A stretch of 64,000 bases of DNA. Source: Planctomycetota bacterium (GTDB taxonomy: Bacteria > Planctomycetota > UBA1135 > UBA2386). A program made the translations under genes and the position numbers. This document shows, one piece after another, positions 29,295-39,847 of this stretch. The DNA lies in the NCBI GenBank assembly GCA_965223545.1, contig OZ245006.1:2496001-2560000 (forward strand), given 5' to 3'. Under the pieces are notes generated by a model that saw only the letters and a program-made list of their open reading frames with translations, was not told the DNA's origin and made no database searches. Every line of letters begins with the position of its first letter. The first letter of the stretch is position 1.

Positions 29295-30799
29295 CCGGTC
29301 GCCCGTGGATCGGCCTGCTGCTCGCCGCAACCCTGCCCGGCTGCGCGCTCAACGTCGACTACCAGCGCCTCAACCGGCACGTGATCGCGTGCGACCGCGA
29401 AGGCATCGCCTACGACCCGAAGACCGGCACGAAACTCAACCAGCACGAGCTGCAAGCTCACATCGACGGCTTGCTCGGCCGTGCGTTCGCGTCGCTCGCC
29501 GCCGACGCCCGCGCACACCCCGATCAACCTCGCCGCCTGCTCATCCACGTCCACGGCGGACTCAACACCGAGGCGGAGTCACTGGGCGCGGCCGACCGCG
29601 CCATCCCGCGCATCCTCGAAGAGCCGAATTCCGACGACCGCTGTTACCCGATCTTCATTACCTGGGACTCCGGCCTGGTCTCGAGCTACTGGGAGTACGT
29701 CTCTACCCTGCGGCGTGGTCGTCACGCCCCGCTCTGGGGCCCCATCACCGCGCCGGTGTACTTCCTGACCGACCTGCTGCACGGCATCATCAGCTTGCCG
29801 CGCAACTGGATCTTCCAGACCGGCATGGATGTCGCCCTCGGCGCCAAGGTCGCGTTCGACACCAACCTCCTGCCGTCGTGGCGCAACGCAGCGCGGGCCG
29901 CATCCGCATTGGCCGATGTCGACGCCGAGAGTGCGCGGTCGCGCGGCGAAGTCCTGGCGCGCGTCGGCCCGTACTCGCGCGGCTTCTTCGCACAGGGACT
30001 GCGCCTTTGCAGCTATCTGGTCACCCTGCCGACCAAGATCATCAGCAGCATCTTCGTCGGCCAGGGATTCGGCCAGGGGTCCTGGGACGGCATGCAGCAC
30101 TCTGCATCGAACTTGTTCCACCGCTGGGAGGAGTTCGACCTGCTCTCGGTGCAGGAAGGGGATCCCGAGCTCGTGCGCAGGCAGCTTCGACAGATGCCGA
30201 CCGGCGCGTTCGCGGTGTTCCTGCGCAGGTTGAGCCGCTTCTACGAGGAAGAGAAGGCGAAGCCGGCCAACCGCGGCGCTCGGTTTCAGATCATCCTCGT
30301 CGGCCACAGCATGGGCGCGATCATCATCAACAGCGCCCTCGAGCTACTCACTTCACCACCGACCGACGACTGCGGCATCAGCGCCAACCTGCCGATCGAT
30401 CACATCGTCTACATGGGAGCGGCGGCATCGGTCGGCGAAACGGCCTCGGCGGTCGTCCCCTACCTGTTGGCGCATCCGACCGCCCGCTTCCATCTGTTGA
30501 CGCTGCATCCCAACGCCGAGGCCGAGGAGACCAACTTCCTCGATCTGCCGCCGCGCGGCAGCCTGCTCGAGTGGATCGACAATTTCTACGGCAGAGCGGT
30601 CAACCCGCAGGATCGTCGGGTCGGCAAGTGGATCAACGCGATCCAATCGCTCCATCTGTTCCGTGAGATCGCCGACCGCATGACGGTCAAGGCGTTCGGT
30701 GTCGATGGCGACAGCAAGCCGACGAAGCACGGCGACTTCAACCTCTGCCCGTACTGGCAGCACAGTTTCTGGGACCCACTCGGGCCGATGGTCTACTGA
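29291..30799 (+). CDS. Alpha/beta-hydrolase-fold lipoprotein
   Basis: Lipobox 'LPGC'; 'LIHVHGGLN', nucleophile elbow 'GHSMG', 'YMGAA', C-terminal 'KHGDF'. Confidence 0.75.
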   Translation: MTGRPWIGLLLAATLPGCALNVDYQRLNRHVIACDREGIAYDPKTGTKLNQHELQAHIDGLLGRAFASLAADARAHPDQPRRLLIHVHGGLNTEAESLGAADRAIPRILEEPNSDDRCYPIFITWDSGLVSSYWEYVSTLRRGRHAPLWGPITAPVYFLTDLLHGIISLPRNWIFQTGMDVALGAKVAFDTNLLPSWRNAARAASALADVDAESARSRGEVLARVGPYSRGFFAQGLRLCSYLVTLPTKIISSIFVGQGFGQGSWDGMQHSASNLFHRWEEFDLLSVQEGDPELVRRQLRQMPTGAFAVFLRRLSRFYEEEKAKPANRGARFQIILVGHSMGAIIINSALELLTSPPTDDCGISANLPIDHIVYMGAAASVGETASAVVPYLLAHPTARFHLLTLHPNAEAEETNFLDLPPRGSLLEWIDNFYGRAVNPQDRRVGKWINAIQSLHLFREIADRMTVKAFGVDGDSKPTKHGDFNLCPYWQHSFWDPLGPMVY

Positions 30800-30820
30800 C
30801 GCTCGAGGTTGGCTCGGCGG

Positions 30821-33800
30821 TCAAGACCGACGGCGGAACACGCGCTTCAGCAGGGAATCACCACTCTTGCGGCCGGCATCGATGGACCGCGTTTCGCCAA
30901 CGCCACCCGAGCTCTGCGGCTCGACCGCACCGCCACTCGACAGCGACCGCGCCACCTCTTCCAGAGTCTGCACGAACAGATCCGTCGGCGAGAGGCGCTT
31001 GCCGAGCTCTTGGTCGAGCCGATGCACGACCCGCATCGCCAACAGCGAGTGGCCGCCCAAGTCGAAGAAGTTGTCGTGCACGCTGACTCCTTCGCAGCCG
31101 AGCACGTCACACCAAACGCTCGCAACGGTGCGTTCGACATCGTTGCGGGGCGCGACCGGCGGACCCGACGAAGCTGCCACGCGCTCGCCGCGCATCGCGA
31201 GCAAGCGCTTGCGATCGAGCTTGCCATTGGCGGTGAGCGGCAGTGCACCCAGGGTGATGAACGTCGCCGGAACCATGTAGCGCGGCAGCCGCTCGCGCAG
31301 CGCGGTGCGCAGCTCGCTCGCCGTCATCGAGGCGCCCGCCTCGAACACCACGTAGGCAATCAGCTCCGCGCGCTCGCCGGACGCATCCAGCAGCACCGCG
31401 CAGGCGCGGACCGGCTGTAGTGCGACGGTCGCGGCCTCGACCTCACCGAGCTCGATCCGATAGCCCCGCAGCTTGATCTGGTTGTCCTTGCGGCGGATGA
31501 ACTCGAGCGCGCCATCGGGGTGATAACGCGCCAGGTCGCCCGAGGCGTAGACCCGCGCGCCGGCATCGGAGGAGAACGGATGAGAGATGAACTTCTCGGC
31601 GGTCAGCTCCGGACGGTTGCGGTAGCCGCGGGCCAGTCCGTCGCCGCCGATGTAGATCTCGCCGGGGACACCGAACGGCACCGGCTGCAGATTGCGGTCG
31701 AGCAGGTAGAGGTCGGTATTGGCGAGCGGCGGGCCGACCGGAACACCGGCCATCGGGGAGTCGGGATCGGACTGCACCGCGGCGCCGGTCGAGTAGATCG
31801 TGGTCTCGGTGGGTCCGTACAGGCACCACACGCCGGCGCAGCGCTCGAGCATGCGTTCCGCCAGCTCGCGTGGCAGCAGCTCGCCTCCGGACAGGGCGAC
31901 GACTCGATCGTTGCCGCGCCAGCCGGACTCCAACAGCAACCGCCAAGTGGCGGGCGTGGCCTGCATGCGCGTCACGCCGTGCCGGTCGACGATGTCCGCC
32001 AGCGCTAGGCCGTCCCGCACGTCTTCCTGCGGCACGACCACGATGCGCGCGCCGACTACCATCGGTGTGAACAGCTCGAGCGCCGAGATGTCGAAGGCGA
32101 TCGAGGCCAGCGCCAGCATCGCGTCGTCCGGACCGAGCCCCGGCTGGCCCGCGATCGAACACACCAAGTTGACCAGGGCGCGCTGCGGGATCTCCACTCC
32201 CTTGGGTACACCGGTGGAACCCGACGTGTACAGCAGGTAGGCCAAGTCGAGCGGCCCACCGACCGGCTCGGGGTCGGCGATGGAGGCCTCGGCCAACAGC
32301 TCGCGGTCGCTGTCCAGCAACAGCGGCGCCGACACGATGTCGCCGCGCTCGGCGTAGCGCTCGGCGGTCGTGACCAACAGTTCCACCTCGGCGTCGGCCA
32401 GCATGGTCTGCACGCGGGCGACCGGGTAGCCGGGATCGATCGGCACGTAGACCGCACCCGACTTCAGCACACCGAACAAGGCGACGACCATGTCGACCGA
32501 GCGCGGCACTTCGATGCCGACTCTGACGTCGGGCCCGGCACCACGGGCACGCAGTACGTGCGCGATCCGGTTGGCGCGTTCGTTGAGCTCGCGGTAGGTC
32601 AACGCCTCGTCGCCGCATTGGACGGCGATCCTCTCGCCGTGCTCACGCACGGTCCGCTCGAACAGCTGCGGGACGCGCAGATCGCGGGGGTAATCGCGCT
32701 GCGAACGGTTGAGTTCCACGAGCAATCGCTGGTGCTCTTCCGGCAACAGCACCGGCAACGCCCAGATGTCGGCGTCTGGGTCGGCAACCACGGCGTCGAC
32801 CAGCAGCTGCAGCCGGCGCAGCATGCGCGCGGCGGTCCCGGCTTCGAACAGCGAAGCGTCATACTCGAGCACCAACTCGACGTCGGCGTCGCCGAGGACG
32901 GTCAACTCCAAATCCAACCGGGTCGCGACCTGCTGCGGCTGCAGCGGCTCGACCTCGACGCCGGCGAACTGCAACGGCTCGGCGTCGGCCAGCACGTTGC
33001 ACATCACCTGAAACAGCGGGTTGCGGCCGAGATCGCGCTCCGGCCGCAGCTCGAGCACCAGCTGCTCGAACGGCTGCGCACCGTGCTCGAGTGCCGCCAC
33101 GGTCGCGTCGCGCACGCGGCGCAGCACCTCGCGAAACGAGACCGCACCGCCGAGCCCGACCCGGACCACGACCGTGTTGACGAACAGGCCGACCAGGGCC
33201 TCGAGCTCGACGGTCTCGCGGTTGGATACCGGCACACCGACGACGACCTCGTCCTGGCTGCTGGTCCGCGCGAGCAGCACGTCGAACGCCGCCAGCACGG
33301 TCATGAACCAGGTACACCCCTCGCCGCGGCCCAGCGCGCGCAGCCCGTCGCTGGCAGAACGCGACAGCGAGTGGGTCGCCCGCCCACCGCGGAACTGCTG
33401 CACCTCCGGCCGCGGCCGATCGGTCGGCAGCTCGAGGGTCGGCAACGCGTCGAGGGTCTTCCGCCAGAATTCGAGCAGCCGATCCCGTTCAGTGCCGTAG
33501 CGGGAGCGCTGCCAGTGGGCGTAGTCCCCGTACTGGACCGCGAGCGCCGGCAGCGGCGACGCCTCGGCACCGCCGCGCCGCGCTTCGTAGAGCTGCGACA
33601 GCTCGGTGACGAGGATCGACCACGACACCCGGTCGATGGCAACGTGGTGGACGACGACGACGAGGACGTGATCGTCGGCACCGATGCGCAGCAGGTGGGC
33701 CCGCGCGACGGGTCCTTCTGCCAGGTCGATGGGAATCGCGCCGAGCTCCTCGAACCGCTGCATCGCCGCCGATTCCGGCTCGGCCTCGCGGGCGAGATCC

Positions 33801-34255
33801 TCGACCGCCAGCGGCGGCAACGCCGCGTCCGCGACCTGCGTCGGCTCGCCATCCACCATCGAGAAGCGAGTCCGCAACACGTTGTGGCGCTGCAGCACCT
33901 GCTCGATCGCCCACTCGACCGCTGCGACCTCGAGCGGACCTCGCAACCGAAGCGCCAGCGTCTTGTTGAGAGCCGCGCCGTCGGTCTCGAGCTCCGCCAA
34001 GAACCACAGCCGCTCCTGCGCGAACGAGAGCGGCAGGCGCGTCCCGGCCGGAACCGGCGCCAGCGGGGCAACCGCCGGCTCGTCCTCGCCCAGCAGCTCG
34101 TTCAAGAAGGCGACCACCCCGGGCTCGGCGGCGCGCAACTGGGCCCGCAGCTCGTCCGAGACCAGCTCCTCGGGCTCGTAGCACAGGCGCCCCGCCTCGA
34201 CCCACGCGTCGACGCCGAGTTCCTGCAGCCGCATCACCAGTTCGGTCGGAGTCAC
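30821..34255 (-). CDS. Stand-alone NRPS module (N-terminal docking domain-C-A-PCP)
   Basis: C: 'LSFAQERLWFL', 'HHVAID', 'LELPTDRPRP', 'GLFVNT'; A: 'LTYREL', 'YTSGSTGVPKGV', 'FDIS', 'YGPTE', 'GEIYIGG.GLARGY', 'KLRGYRIELGE', 'NGKLDR'; PCP 'FFDLGGHSL'. No TE domain. Confidence 0.95.
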   Translation of the reverse strand: MTPTELVMRLQELGVDAWVEAGRLCYEPEELVSDELRAQLRAAEPGVVAFLNELLGEDEPAVAPLAPVPAGTRLPLSFAQERLWFLAELETDGAALNKTLALRLRGPLEVAAVEWAIEQVLQRHNVLRTRFSMVDGEPTQVADAALPPLAVEDLAREAEPESAAMQRFEELGAIPIDLAEGPVARAHLLRIGADDHVLVVVVHHVAIDRVSWSILVTELSQLYEARRGGAEASPLPALAVQYGDYAHWQRSRYGTERDRLLEFWRKTLDALPTLELPTDRPRPEVQQFRGGRATHSLSRSASDGLRALGRGEGCTWFMTVLAAFDVLLARTSSQDEVVVGVPVSNRETVELEALVGLFVNTVVVRVGLGGAVSFREVLRRVRDATVAALEHGAQPFEQLVLELRPERDLGRNPLFQVMCNVLADAEPLQFAGVEVEPLQPQQVATRLDLELTVLGDADVELVLEYDASLFEAGTAARMLRRLQLLVDAVVADPDADIWALPVLLPEEHQRLLVELNRSQRDYPRDLRVPQLFERTVREHGERIAVQCGDEALTYRELNERANRIAHVLRARGAGPDVRVGIEVPRSVDMVVALFGVLKSGAVYVPIDPGYPVARVQTMLADAEVELLVTTAERYAERGDIVSAPLLLDSDRELLAEASIADPEPVGGPLDLAYLLYTSGSTGVPKGVEIPQRALVNLVCSIAGQPGLGPDDAMLALASIAFDISALELFTPMVVGARIVVVPQEDVRDGLALADIVDRHGVTRMQATPATWRLLLESGWRGNDRVVALSGGELLPRELAERMLERCAGVWCLYGPTETTIYSTGAAVQSDPDSPMAGVPVGPPLANTDLYLLDRNLQPVPFGVPGEIYIGGDGLARGYRNRPELTAEKFISHPFSSDAGARVYASGDLARYHPDGALEFIRRKDNQIKLRGYRIELGEVEAATVALQPVRACAVLLDASGERAELIAYVVFEAGASMTASELRTALRERLPRYMVPATFITLGALPLTANGKLDRKRLLAMRGERVAASSGPPVAPRNDVERTVASVWCDVLGCEGVSVHDNFFDLGGHSLLAMRVVHRLDQELGKRLSPTDLFVQTLEEVARSLSSGGAVEPQSSGGVGETRSIDAGRKSGDSLLKRVFRRRS

Positions 34256-34403
34256 CGGTCCCCCCGCGTGGGCAGAGGTCGGGCGCGCGCAGCAAGAAGA
34301 ACCATGGTCGGGATCGGAACCGCGAGGAGGAGGTCCCGAGAAGATTACCGCGCCAGGGGCGCTTTCCGACCCTGCCTTGCCAGCAGACGCACCGTCCTAA
34401 CGC

Positions 34404-36779
34404 TCAGGACTGCGTCAGCACCGGCGGCGCCGACTTGGCGAGAAACAAGACCGCCATGGCAGCGCGCTCGAGGGGCTCGCCGCCGTGCAGATCGGGCGCG
34501 AAGCTGCCGTCCGCCTGTTGCCACTCGAGCAGCATCGCGGCGCCCTCGCGATACCAATCCCGGCCCTGGATCCCCGCCACGCGGTTGAGCTCGCAGGCCC
34601 GCTCGAGCGCGTAGAGGTAGTAGTACTGATGGACGAAGGTGCGCGCCACCCAGCCCGGATTCGTGCGCACGCTGAAGTTGGCGGCAACCCAGGCGAACCC
34701 CGCGTCGAGTGCCTTTTGCACTTCCCGGTAGGTGCGCGCACCGAGTCCGCGGGCGCCCAGCACGGACTTGCACAGCGCCAAGCTGGTCAGACTCGCCGAG
34801 GTGGTGGCGCCGTAGACCGGTGCCACCAGCCCGTCCACCCCCTTCCACTCGCGGTACGCCCAGCCCGCGATTCCCACCGCGCGCGCGCGCGCCGGTTTGC
34901 CGCCGCCCGCGGACTGCAGCGAGAGTTTGATCTTCGCCGCGGACTCCGCTTGGCGGTCGAGCACGTAGCGCGCCGCGGCCCGCCACTTCGCCTCCGGCGT
35001 GCGCACGCCACACAGATGGGCAGAGTAGAGCCCGAGCAGACCGTACTGATGCACCGAGAGGTCCGAGCGCGCGCCGCGCACGTAGTTGAAGCGCAGCTCG
35101 CGATCGGCGTCGGCCCGGGTGTCGACGTTCTGCAGCAGAGCAGCGACCCACCGCTCGATCGCGGCCCGGTCCTCGGCGGACGGCTGCCGCTCGCGCGGAC
35201 CGGCCAACAAACCGCTGAGCAAGTCATCGCGCTCGGTCGGCGGTGCGTAGTAGGCCTCGATCGCCATGATCGCGCTGGCCAGGGAGTAGGTATCGACCAG
35301 CTGGCGACGGCGCAAGGCGGCGAACCCGCGCTGCACAGCGGGATTCTCGTGGTGTCCCGTGCGCACCAGCGCCAACAACGCCAAGGCCAGTCGCCCGCTG
35401 GCGTAGCTGCGCTGCTCGACGACGGCGTCGCCGATGGGTTTGGCGTCGAGCTCATCGATCTGCGACAGCAGGTAGTCGGCACCGCGCCGCAGGGCGTCGC
35501 CGACCGCGACGCGAAAGTCCGCGTCGCGGATCGCCCGCTCGGCCTTGGCCTGCCAGGTCTCCACCATCGATAGCGAGACCGTAGTGTCCGCCGGGGCTTC
35601 GATCGCACACTGGAGCCGGACGCGAAACCAGCTCACCCGCCCGGAGTCCGCGTCGAAACCTCGCCGAATCACCGCGTGCCCGCGCACAGAGTGATCGCAG
35701 TGTGGCAACACGTTGCGCGCGAAAGACCGCCGGTCCTGGCGCGCCGCGTCCGGCGCGGTGCTCTCGAGCTCGAGTCGCAGCAGCTGCTCGCCATGCCGAT
35801 CGAGTGCCTCGGCCGAACCCACGACCCGCAGATCGCCGATGCGGGGCAGGCGCGGCAGCACTTCTGCAATCGAGTGTGCCCGCCCCGCGCGGTGCAGCGA
35901 CAGAGCGAAGTGCGCGGCGACGTCGCGCAGATCCGCTGGCGGCCGGGCCCACCGCCGCTGCTTGGCATCGAGCTCGGCGCCGAACAGCACTGCGGGCGCA
36001 CGCGTTCCGGTGAAGAGGGCGCGCTGCACGCCGCGGCCCGCGTCGTCGGCGGCAGTCGCGAGCGCAGCATAGGTGGCGTGGTCGTCCATCTCATGGCGCA
36101 ACAACAACAGACCGGCGTCGGCGAAACGGTCTCCGCCGCGATCCGTGCAATGCACGGCCAGTACGTTCTGGGCGCGGACGGCATCGAGCGCAGCCCGCGG
36201 CAGGACCACGTGTTGGTAGCCGCGAGCTCCTTCCTCGGCGAACACCTGCGTTCCATTGAGATAGACCGTGACGTCGTCGTCGTGCCGCACGGTCAGCACG
36301 GCCGCTGCGGGCCTGGCGTCCGTCCAGTCGAACGTCGTGCGCAAACAAATGCGCGCCGCCGTCCACTCCGACCGCGCCGGGCCGCCGAGCACGCCACCGA
36401 ACCCGCCGTTGCTCGCAGACCACTGCCGGTCATCGAACTCGGGCTGGGTCCAGCCCGCGGGTGGCTCGCCGTCGCCCTGCCAGCTGCGCCACCGCGCGCC
36501 GCCCTGCGCCGCGCTGATCACCACCCGCTCGCCGAAGTCCGCGGCGGGCCGCCCGGCGCGGACCGAGAAGTCCTGCAGCTGACGGTCGAACTCGATCATC
36601 CGATCCGCCGCCAGCTGCCAGGAGCCCGCCGGTGCCTGCGCGGGCACGCTGGCCAGGCCGACCGCACCGCCGATCAGGAGGACAAGCGCCCGCCATGTTG
36701 TCGGAGCAGTCGCGACGATCTCGTTGCGGCTGGTCCCAACCCCATTCGCAACGGTGGCTTGCGGCCGACGGAGACACAT
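34404..36779 (-). CDS. Secreted multidomain protein: jelly-roll sugar-binding-like domain plus prenyltransferase/squalene-cyclase-like helical barrel
   Basis: Signal-like '[17 protein letters not shown]'; '[11 protein letters not shown]....GGFG', '[11 protein letters not shown]', 'NVLAVH'; '[12 protein letters not shown]', '[11 protein letters not shown]', 'DWY..GA..LL..Q..DGS'. Start uncertain. Confidence 0.62.
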   Translation of the reverse strand: MCLRRPQATVANGVGTSRNEIVATAPTTWRALVLLIGGAVGLASVPAQAPAGSWQLAADRMIEFDRQLQDFSVRAGRPAADFGERVVISAAQGGARWRSWQGDGEPPAGWTQPEFDDRQWSASNGGFGGVLGGPARSEWTAARICLRTTFDWTDARPAAAVLTVRHDDDVTVYLNGTQVFAEEGARGYQHVVLPRAALDAVRAQNVLAVHCTDRGGDRFADAGLLLLRHEMDDHATYAALATAADDAGRGVQRALFTGTRAPAVLFGAELDAKQRRWARPPADLRDVAAHFALSLHRAGRAHSIAEVLPRLPRIGDLRVVGSAEALDRHGEQLLRLELESTAPDAARQDRRSFARNVLPHCDHSVRGHAVIRRGFDADSGRVSWFRVRLQCAIEAPADTTVSLSMVETWQAKAERAIRDADFRVAVGDALRRGADYLLSQIDELDAKPIGDAVVEQRSYASGRLALALLALVRTGHHENPAVQRGFAALRRRQLVDTYSLASAIMAIEAYYAPPTERDDLLSGLLAGPRERQPSAEDRAAIERWVAALLQNVDTRADADRELRFNYVRGARSDLSVHQYGLLGLYSAHLCGVRTPEAKWRAAARYVLDRQAESAAKIKLSLQSAGGGKPARARAVGIAGWAYREWKGVDGLVAPVYGATTSASLTSLALCKSVLGARGLGARTYREVQKALDAGFAWVAANFSVRTNPGWVARTFVHQYYYLYALERACELNRVAGIQGRDWYREGAAMLLEWQQADGSFAPDLHGGEPLERAAMAVLFLAKSAPPVLTQS

Positions 36780-36923
36780 GGGCGCAGACCGGGAACGATG
36801 CGAATGGTCAAACACGAACAGCCTACCATCCGCGCCGCGCGGAGGCCGGCACGCCCCTGCCAACGGCGTTTGCGGTCGATGCCCGCTCTGGCCGCCCGCT
36901 GCCACGGCGCTACGCTGTCGGCG

Positions 36924-37850
36924 ATGAGCTGGAACGTCGATCGGCGCGGGTTCCTGTCCTCCTCGCTCGTAGGACTCGGCGCTGCGGCCGCGCTGCGCGG
37001 CCAGCCGGCGCGGGGCCGAGAGCCAGCCGCTGCGCGGTTCAAGTGGTCGCTGGCGCAGTGGTCGTTGCACCGCCGGTTTCGCGGTCAGCAGCAACCGCGC
37101 ATCGATCCGCTGCACTTCGCCGCCACTGCGCATCGGCTCGGTTTCACCGGCGTCGAGTACGTCAACCAGTTCTTCGCCGACAAGGCCCGCGACCGGGCCT
37201 ACCTCGACGAGCTGGCACGCCGCGCCGAGGACGTCGGCGTGCAGAGTGTGTTGATCATGTGCGACGGCGAGGGCGCGCTCGGTGACCCGGATGAAGCCGC
37301 GCGCGCGCGCGCGATCCAGAACCACCACAAGTGGGTCGACGCCGCACGCCACCTCGGCTGCCACTCGATCCGGGTGAACGCACACAGCAGCGGTTCGACC
37401 GAGGAGCAGATGAAACTGGCTGCCGACGGTCTACGCCGGCTCACCGAGTACGCCGACGGCCAGGAGATCAACGTCCTGGTCGAAAATCACGGTGGACTGT
37501 CCTCGGACGGCGCCTGGCTGGCGGGCGTCATGCGACGCGTCGAACATCCCCGCTGCGGCACCCTACCGGACTTCGGCAACTTCCGTATCGGCAAGGACCG
37601 GGAGTACGACCGCTACCGCGGCGTCGCCGAGCTGATGCCGTTTGCCAAAGCGGTGAGCGCCAAGAGCCACGACTTCGATGCCGACGGCAACGAGGTGCAC
37701 ACCGACTATCGCAAGATGATGAAGATCGTCACCGACGCCGGCTACACCGGCTGGGTCGGCGTCGAGTACGAGGGCGGCGGCCTGACCGAAGAGCAGGGCA
37801 TCGTCGCCACCCTCCGCCTCCTCCAGCGGGTGACCGACCAGGCCGATTGA
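36924..37850 (+). CDS. Tat-exported sugar-phosphate isomerase/epimerase (xylose isomerase-like TIM barrel)
   Basis: 'DRRGFL' Tat motif; 'SLAQWSLHR', 'VENHGGLSS', 'GTLPDFGNF', 'VSAKSH', 'GVEYEG'; TACGCT 7 nt before ATG. Confidence 0.9.
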   Translation: MSWNVDRRGFLSSSLVGLGAAAALRGQPARGREPAAARFKWSLAQWSLHRRFRGQQQPRIDPLHFAATAHRLGFTGVEYVNQFFADKARDRAYLDELARRAEDVGVQSVLIMCDGEGALGDPDEAARARAIQNHHKWVDAARHLGCHSIRVNAHSSGSTEEQMKLAADGLRRLTEYADGQEINVLVENHGGLSSDGAWLAGVMRRVEHPRCGTLPDFGNFRIGKDREYDRYRGVAELMPFAKAVSAKSHDFDADGNEVHTDYRKMMKIVTDAGYTGWVGVEYEGGGLTEEQGIVATLRLLQRVTDQAD

Positions 37851-37855
37851 GTCGC

Positions 37856-38356
37856 GTGGCCACCTCCGATACCTGGGCGCGCTGGGTCGACCGGTTGGCC
37901 GATCTGCCGCGCAGCAAGTGGCTGCCGGTGCCGATCATCCTCGTGCTGGCGATCGCGCTGCTGTTCGGCCGCTCCGCCGAAGCGCGCCGCGAGAGCTACG
38001 GCCGCGATGCGATCTTGGCAGCGATTCGGTTCGTCGAGAGCAGCGACCGCCCCAACCCTCCCGATGGCGACGGGGGTCGGGCAATCGGCCCGTACCAGAT
38101 CCACAACGTGTACTGGCGCGACGCGATCGAGCACGACCCGACGCTGGGCGGCACCTACCAGGACTGTCGCGACCGCGGCTACGCCGAACGCGTCATCGAC
38201 GCATACATGCGGCGCTGGGCAGCGGAGGCCTGGCGGGACGGCGACGCCGAGACCGTCGCCCGCGTGCACAACGGTGGACCGACGGGCGCGCAGAAGACCG
38301 CGACCGACGGCTACTGGGAGCGGGTGCTGGCTCGACTGACGGCGGCCGCGCCGTAG
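37856..38356 (+). CDS. Lysozyme-fold protein resembling invertebrate-type lysozyme/destabilase, with N-terminal anchor
   Basis: 'AIRFVES', 'GPYQI..VYW.DA', 'YQDC.D..YA..VI..YM.R', 'ARVHNGGP.G....T.GYW..V'. Confidence 0.75.
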   Translation: MATSDTWARWVDRLADLPRSKWLPVPIILVLAIALLFGRSAEARRESYGRDAILAAIRFVESSDRPNPPDGDGGRAIGPYQIHNVYWRDAIEHDPTLGGTYQDCRDRGYAERVIDAYMRRWAAEAWRDGDAETVARVHNGGPTGAQKTATDGYWERVLARLTAAAP

Positions 38357-38430
38357 CCGCAGACCTGCCGGGGCCAGGGGCTTGCGGAAGCACCCCGACA
38401 CCTACAATGGGGTCTGAAGGAGTAACCACT

Positions 38431-39756
38431 TTGCCGCAAGCATCCGCTCGACGCCGCACCACCTGGACACTCTTCACCATCGCCATCGCGGCGACCACCG
38501 GCCTGCGCAGCCAGAGCTGCGGCTCCGGACCACCGACGACCCTGGGACAGGTCACCGTCGTCAGCCAAGGCAACACCCTGCCGAGCCCGCTGCCCAACAC
38601 CACCTTCGATGTGCTGCGCATCGACTGCGCCGGGCTCCCACCGATCGGACTTGCGCTGCAGATCAGTGAGCCGCCGGCTGGCGTTCCAGTGCGCGGCACC
38701 ATCGTGTTCTGCTCCGGCGGCGCTGGTGTCGTGTTCTACAGCTCGGAGCAGAACGGGATCCCGTTGTTCCAGAGGTTGTTGGCGCACGGCTTCCGCCTGG
38801 TCGACCGGTTGTGGGCGCCCGGGTGGTTCATGGACACGATGAGCATCCGCAAGCAATCGTGCCGCTTCGCCACCGCGCTGCAGTGGATCCACGACCAGTA
38901 CCACACCACCGGCGTCTTCGGCGCCTTCGGACAATCCGGTGGAGCCGCCGAGCTCGGCTACGCGATGACCACATGGAATGCCCCAGACCTGCTCGACCTG
39001 GCGGTGTTCTCGGGTGGGCCACCGATGTGCCGCTTCGATCTGCAGTGCCCCGACCCGCCCCCGGCGGCTTGGTTGCAGCAATGCACGTCGCTGATCCCGG
39101 CGCACGTGTTCGAGTGCGGCCAGCCCGCTTGTGTGCGGATCCGGGCGTTCAACCTGTGCGACAAGTGCGGCCCCGGCGCCACGGCGGCCGAGCTGCGCGC
39201 GCAAAGTGTGCTGCACACCAACGCCGTCACCCACTACCCCAATACGCGGACCCACTTGTTGATCGGCACGCAGGACTGCTTCGACGGGGTGCCGTCGGGG
39301 ATGCTGTACTACAACGCGGTCACCTCCGAGAAGGTGCTGGAGTTCGTGCCCCGATCACCGCACTTGATCTTGTTCACGCAGCCCGGACAAGACGCGATCG
39401 TCCGCGCTCTGTTGGCCGGCGCGGCCTCGCGGCCGGGTCCGGCCACGCTGGGGTTCCGCGCGTGGCCGAGCATCGGCGCCGAAGCGGTGCTCGATCTGCA
39501 CGGCCCCAACAACCAACCGTGGGCGGTGATCTCGTCGCTCGGCACCTCGCTGACCCCGATTCCCGCATTCGGCTGGCTCGAGCTCGCGGTGCCGATGTTC
39601 GTCCGCGGCCAAGGCACACTCGACGCGACCAGCGGGCGCGACACCCTGCGCCTGCCGATGCCGCCCAACCCGGCCCTGATCGGTCTGGATCTGTACCTAC
39701 AGGGGCTGGTGGGAACGTGGCTGACCAACCGCATTTGGATGCGGGTCGTGCCGTAG
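38431..39756 (+). CDS. Secreted Cys-rich alpha/beta-hydrolase-like protein with shared C-terminal domain
   Basis: TACAAT at 38403 and AAGGAG RBS 8 nt before TTG 38431; 'FCSGGAG', elbow 'GQSGG', 'GTQD', 'SPH'. Confidence 0.68.
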   Translation: MPQASARRRTTWTLFTIAIAATTGLRSQSCGSGPPTTLGQVTVVSQGNTLPSPLPNTTFDVLRIDCAGLPPIGLALQISEPPAGVPVRGTIVFCSGGAGVVFYSSEQNGIPLFQRLLAHGFRLVDRLWAPGWFMDTMSIRKQSCRFATALQWIHDQYHTTGVFGAFGQSGGAAELGYAMTTWNAPDLLDLAVFSGGPPMCRFDLQCPDPPPAAWLQQCTSLIPAHVFECGQPACVRIRAFNLCDKCGPGATAAELRAQSVLHTNAVTHYPNTRTHLLIGTQDCFDGVPSGMLYYNAVTSEKVLEFVPRSPHLILFTQPGQDAIVRALLAGAASRPGPATLGFRAWPSIGAEAVLDLHGPNNQPWAVISSLGTSLTPIPAFGWLELAVPMFVRGQGTLDATSGRDTLRLPMPPNPALIGLDLYLQGLVGTWLTNRIWMRVVP

Positions 39757-39784
39757 CTGGACGATCCGAAGGCGCCGCGGATTG

Positions 39785-39820
39785 GCGAATCGAGCGAATC
39801 GAGCGAATCGGCTGAATCGC
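39785..39820 (+). repeat. Four 9-bp-period direct repeats (core GAATCG)
   Basis: GAATCG at 39787, 39796, 39805 and 39814, directly upstream of an ECF sigma gene. Confidence 0.8.
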
Positions 39821-39847
39821 TTCTCGCCGCTCGGGGGATCTCCACCC

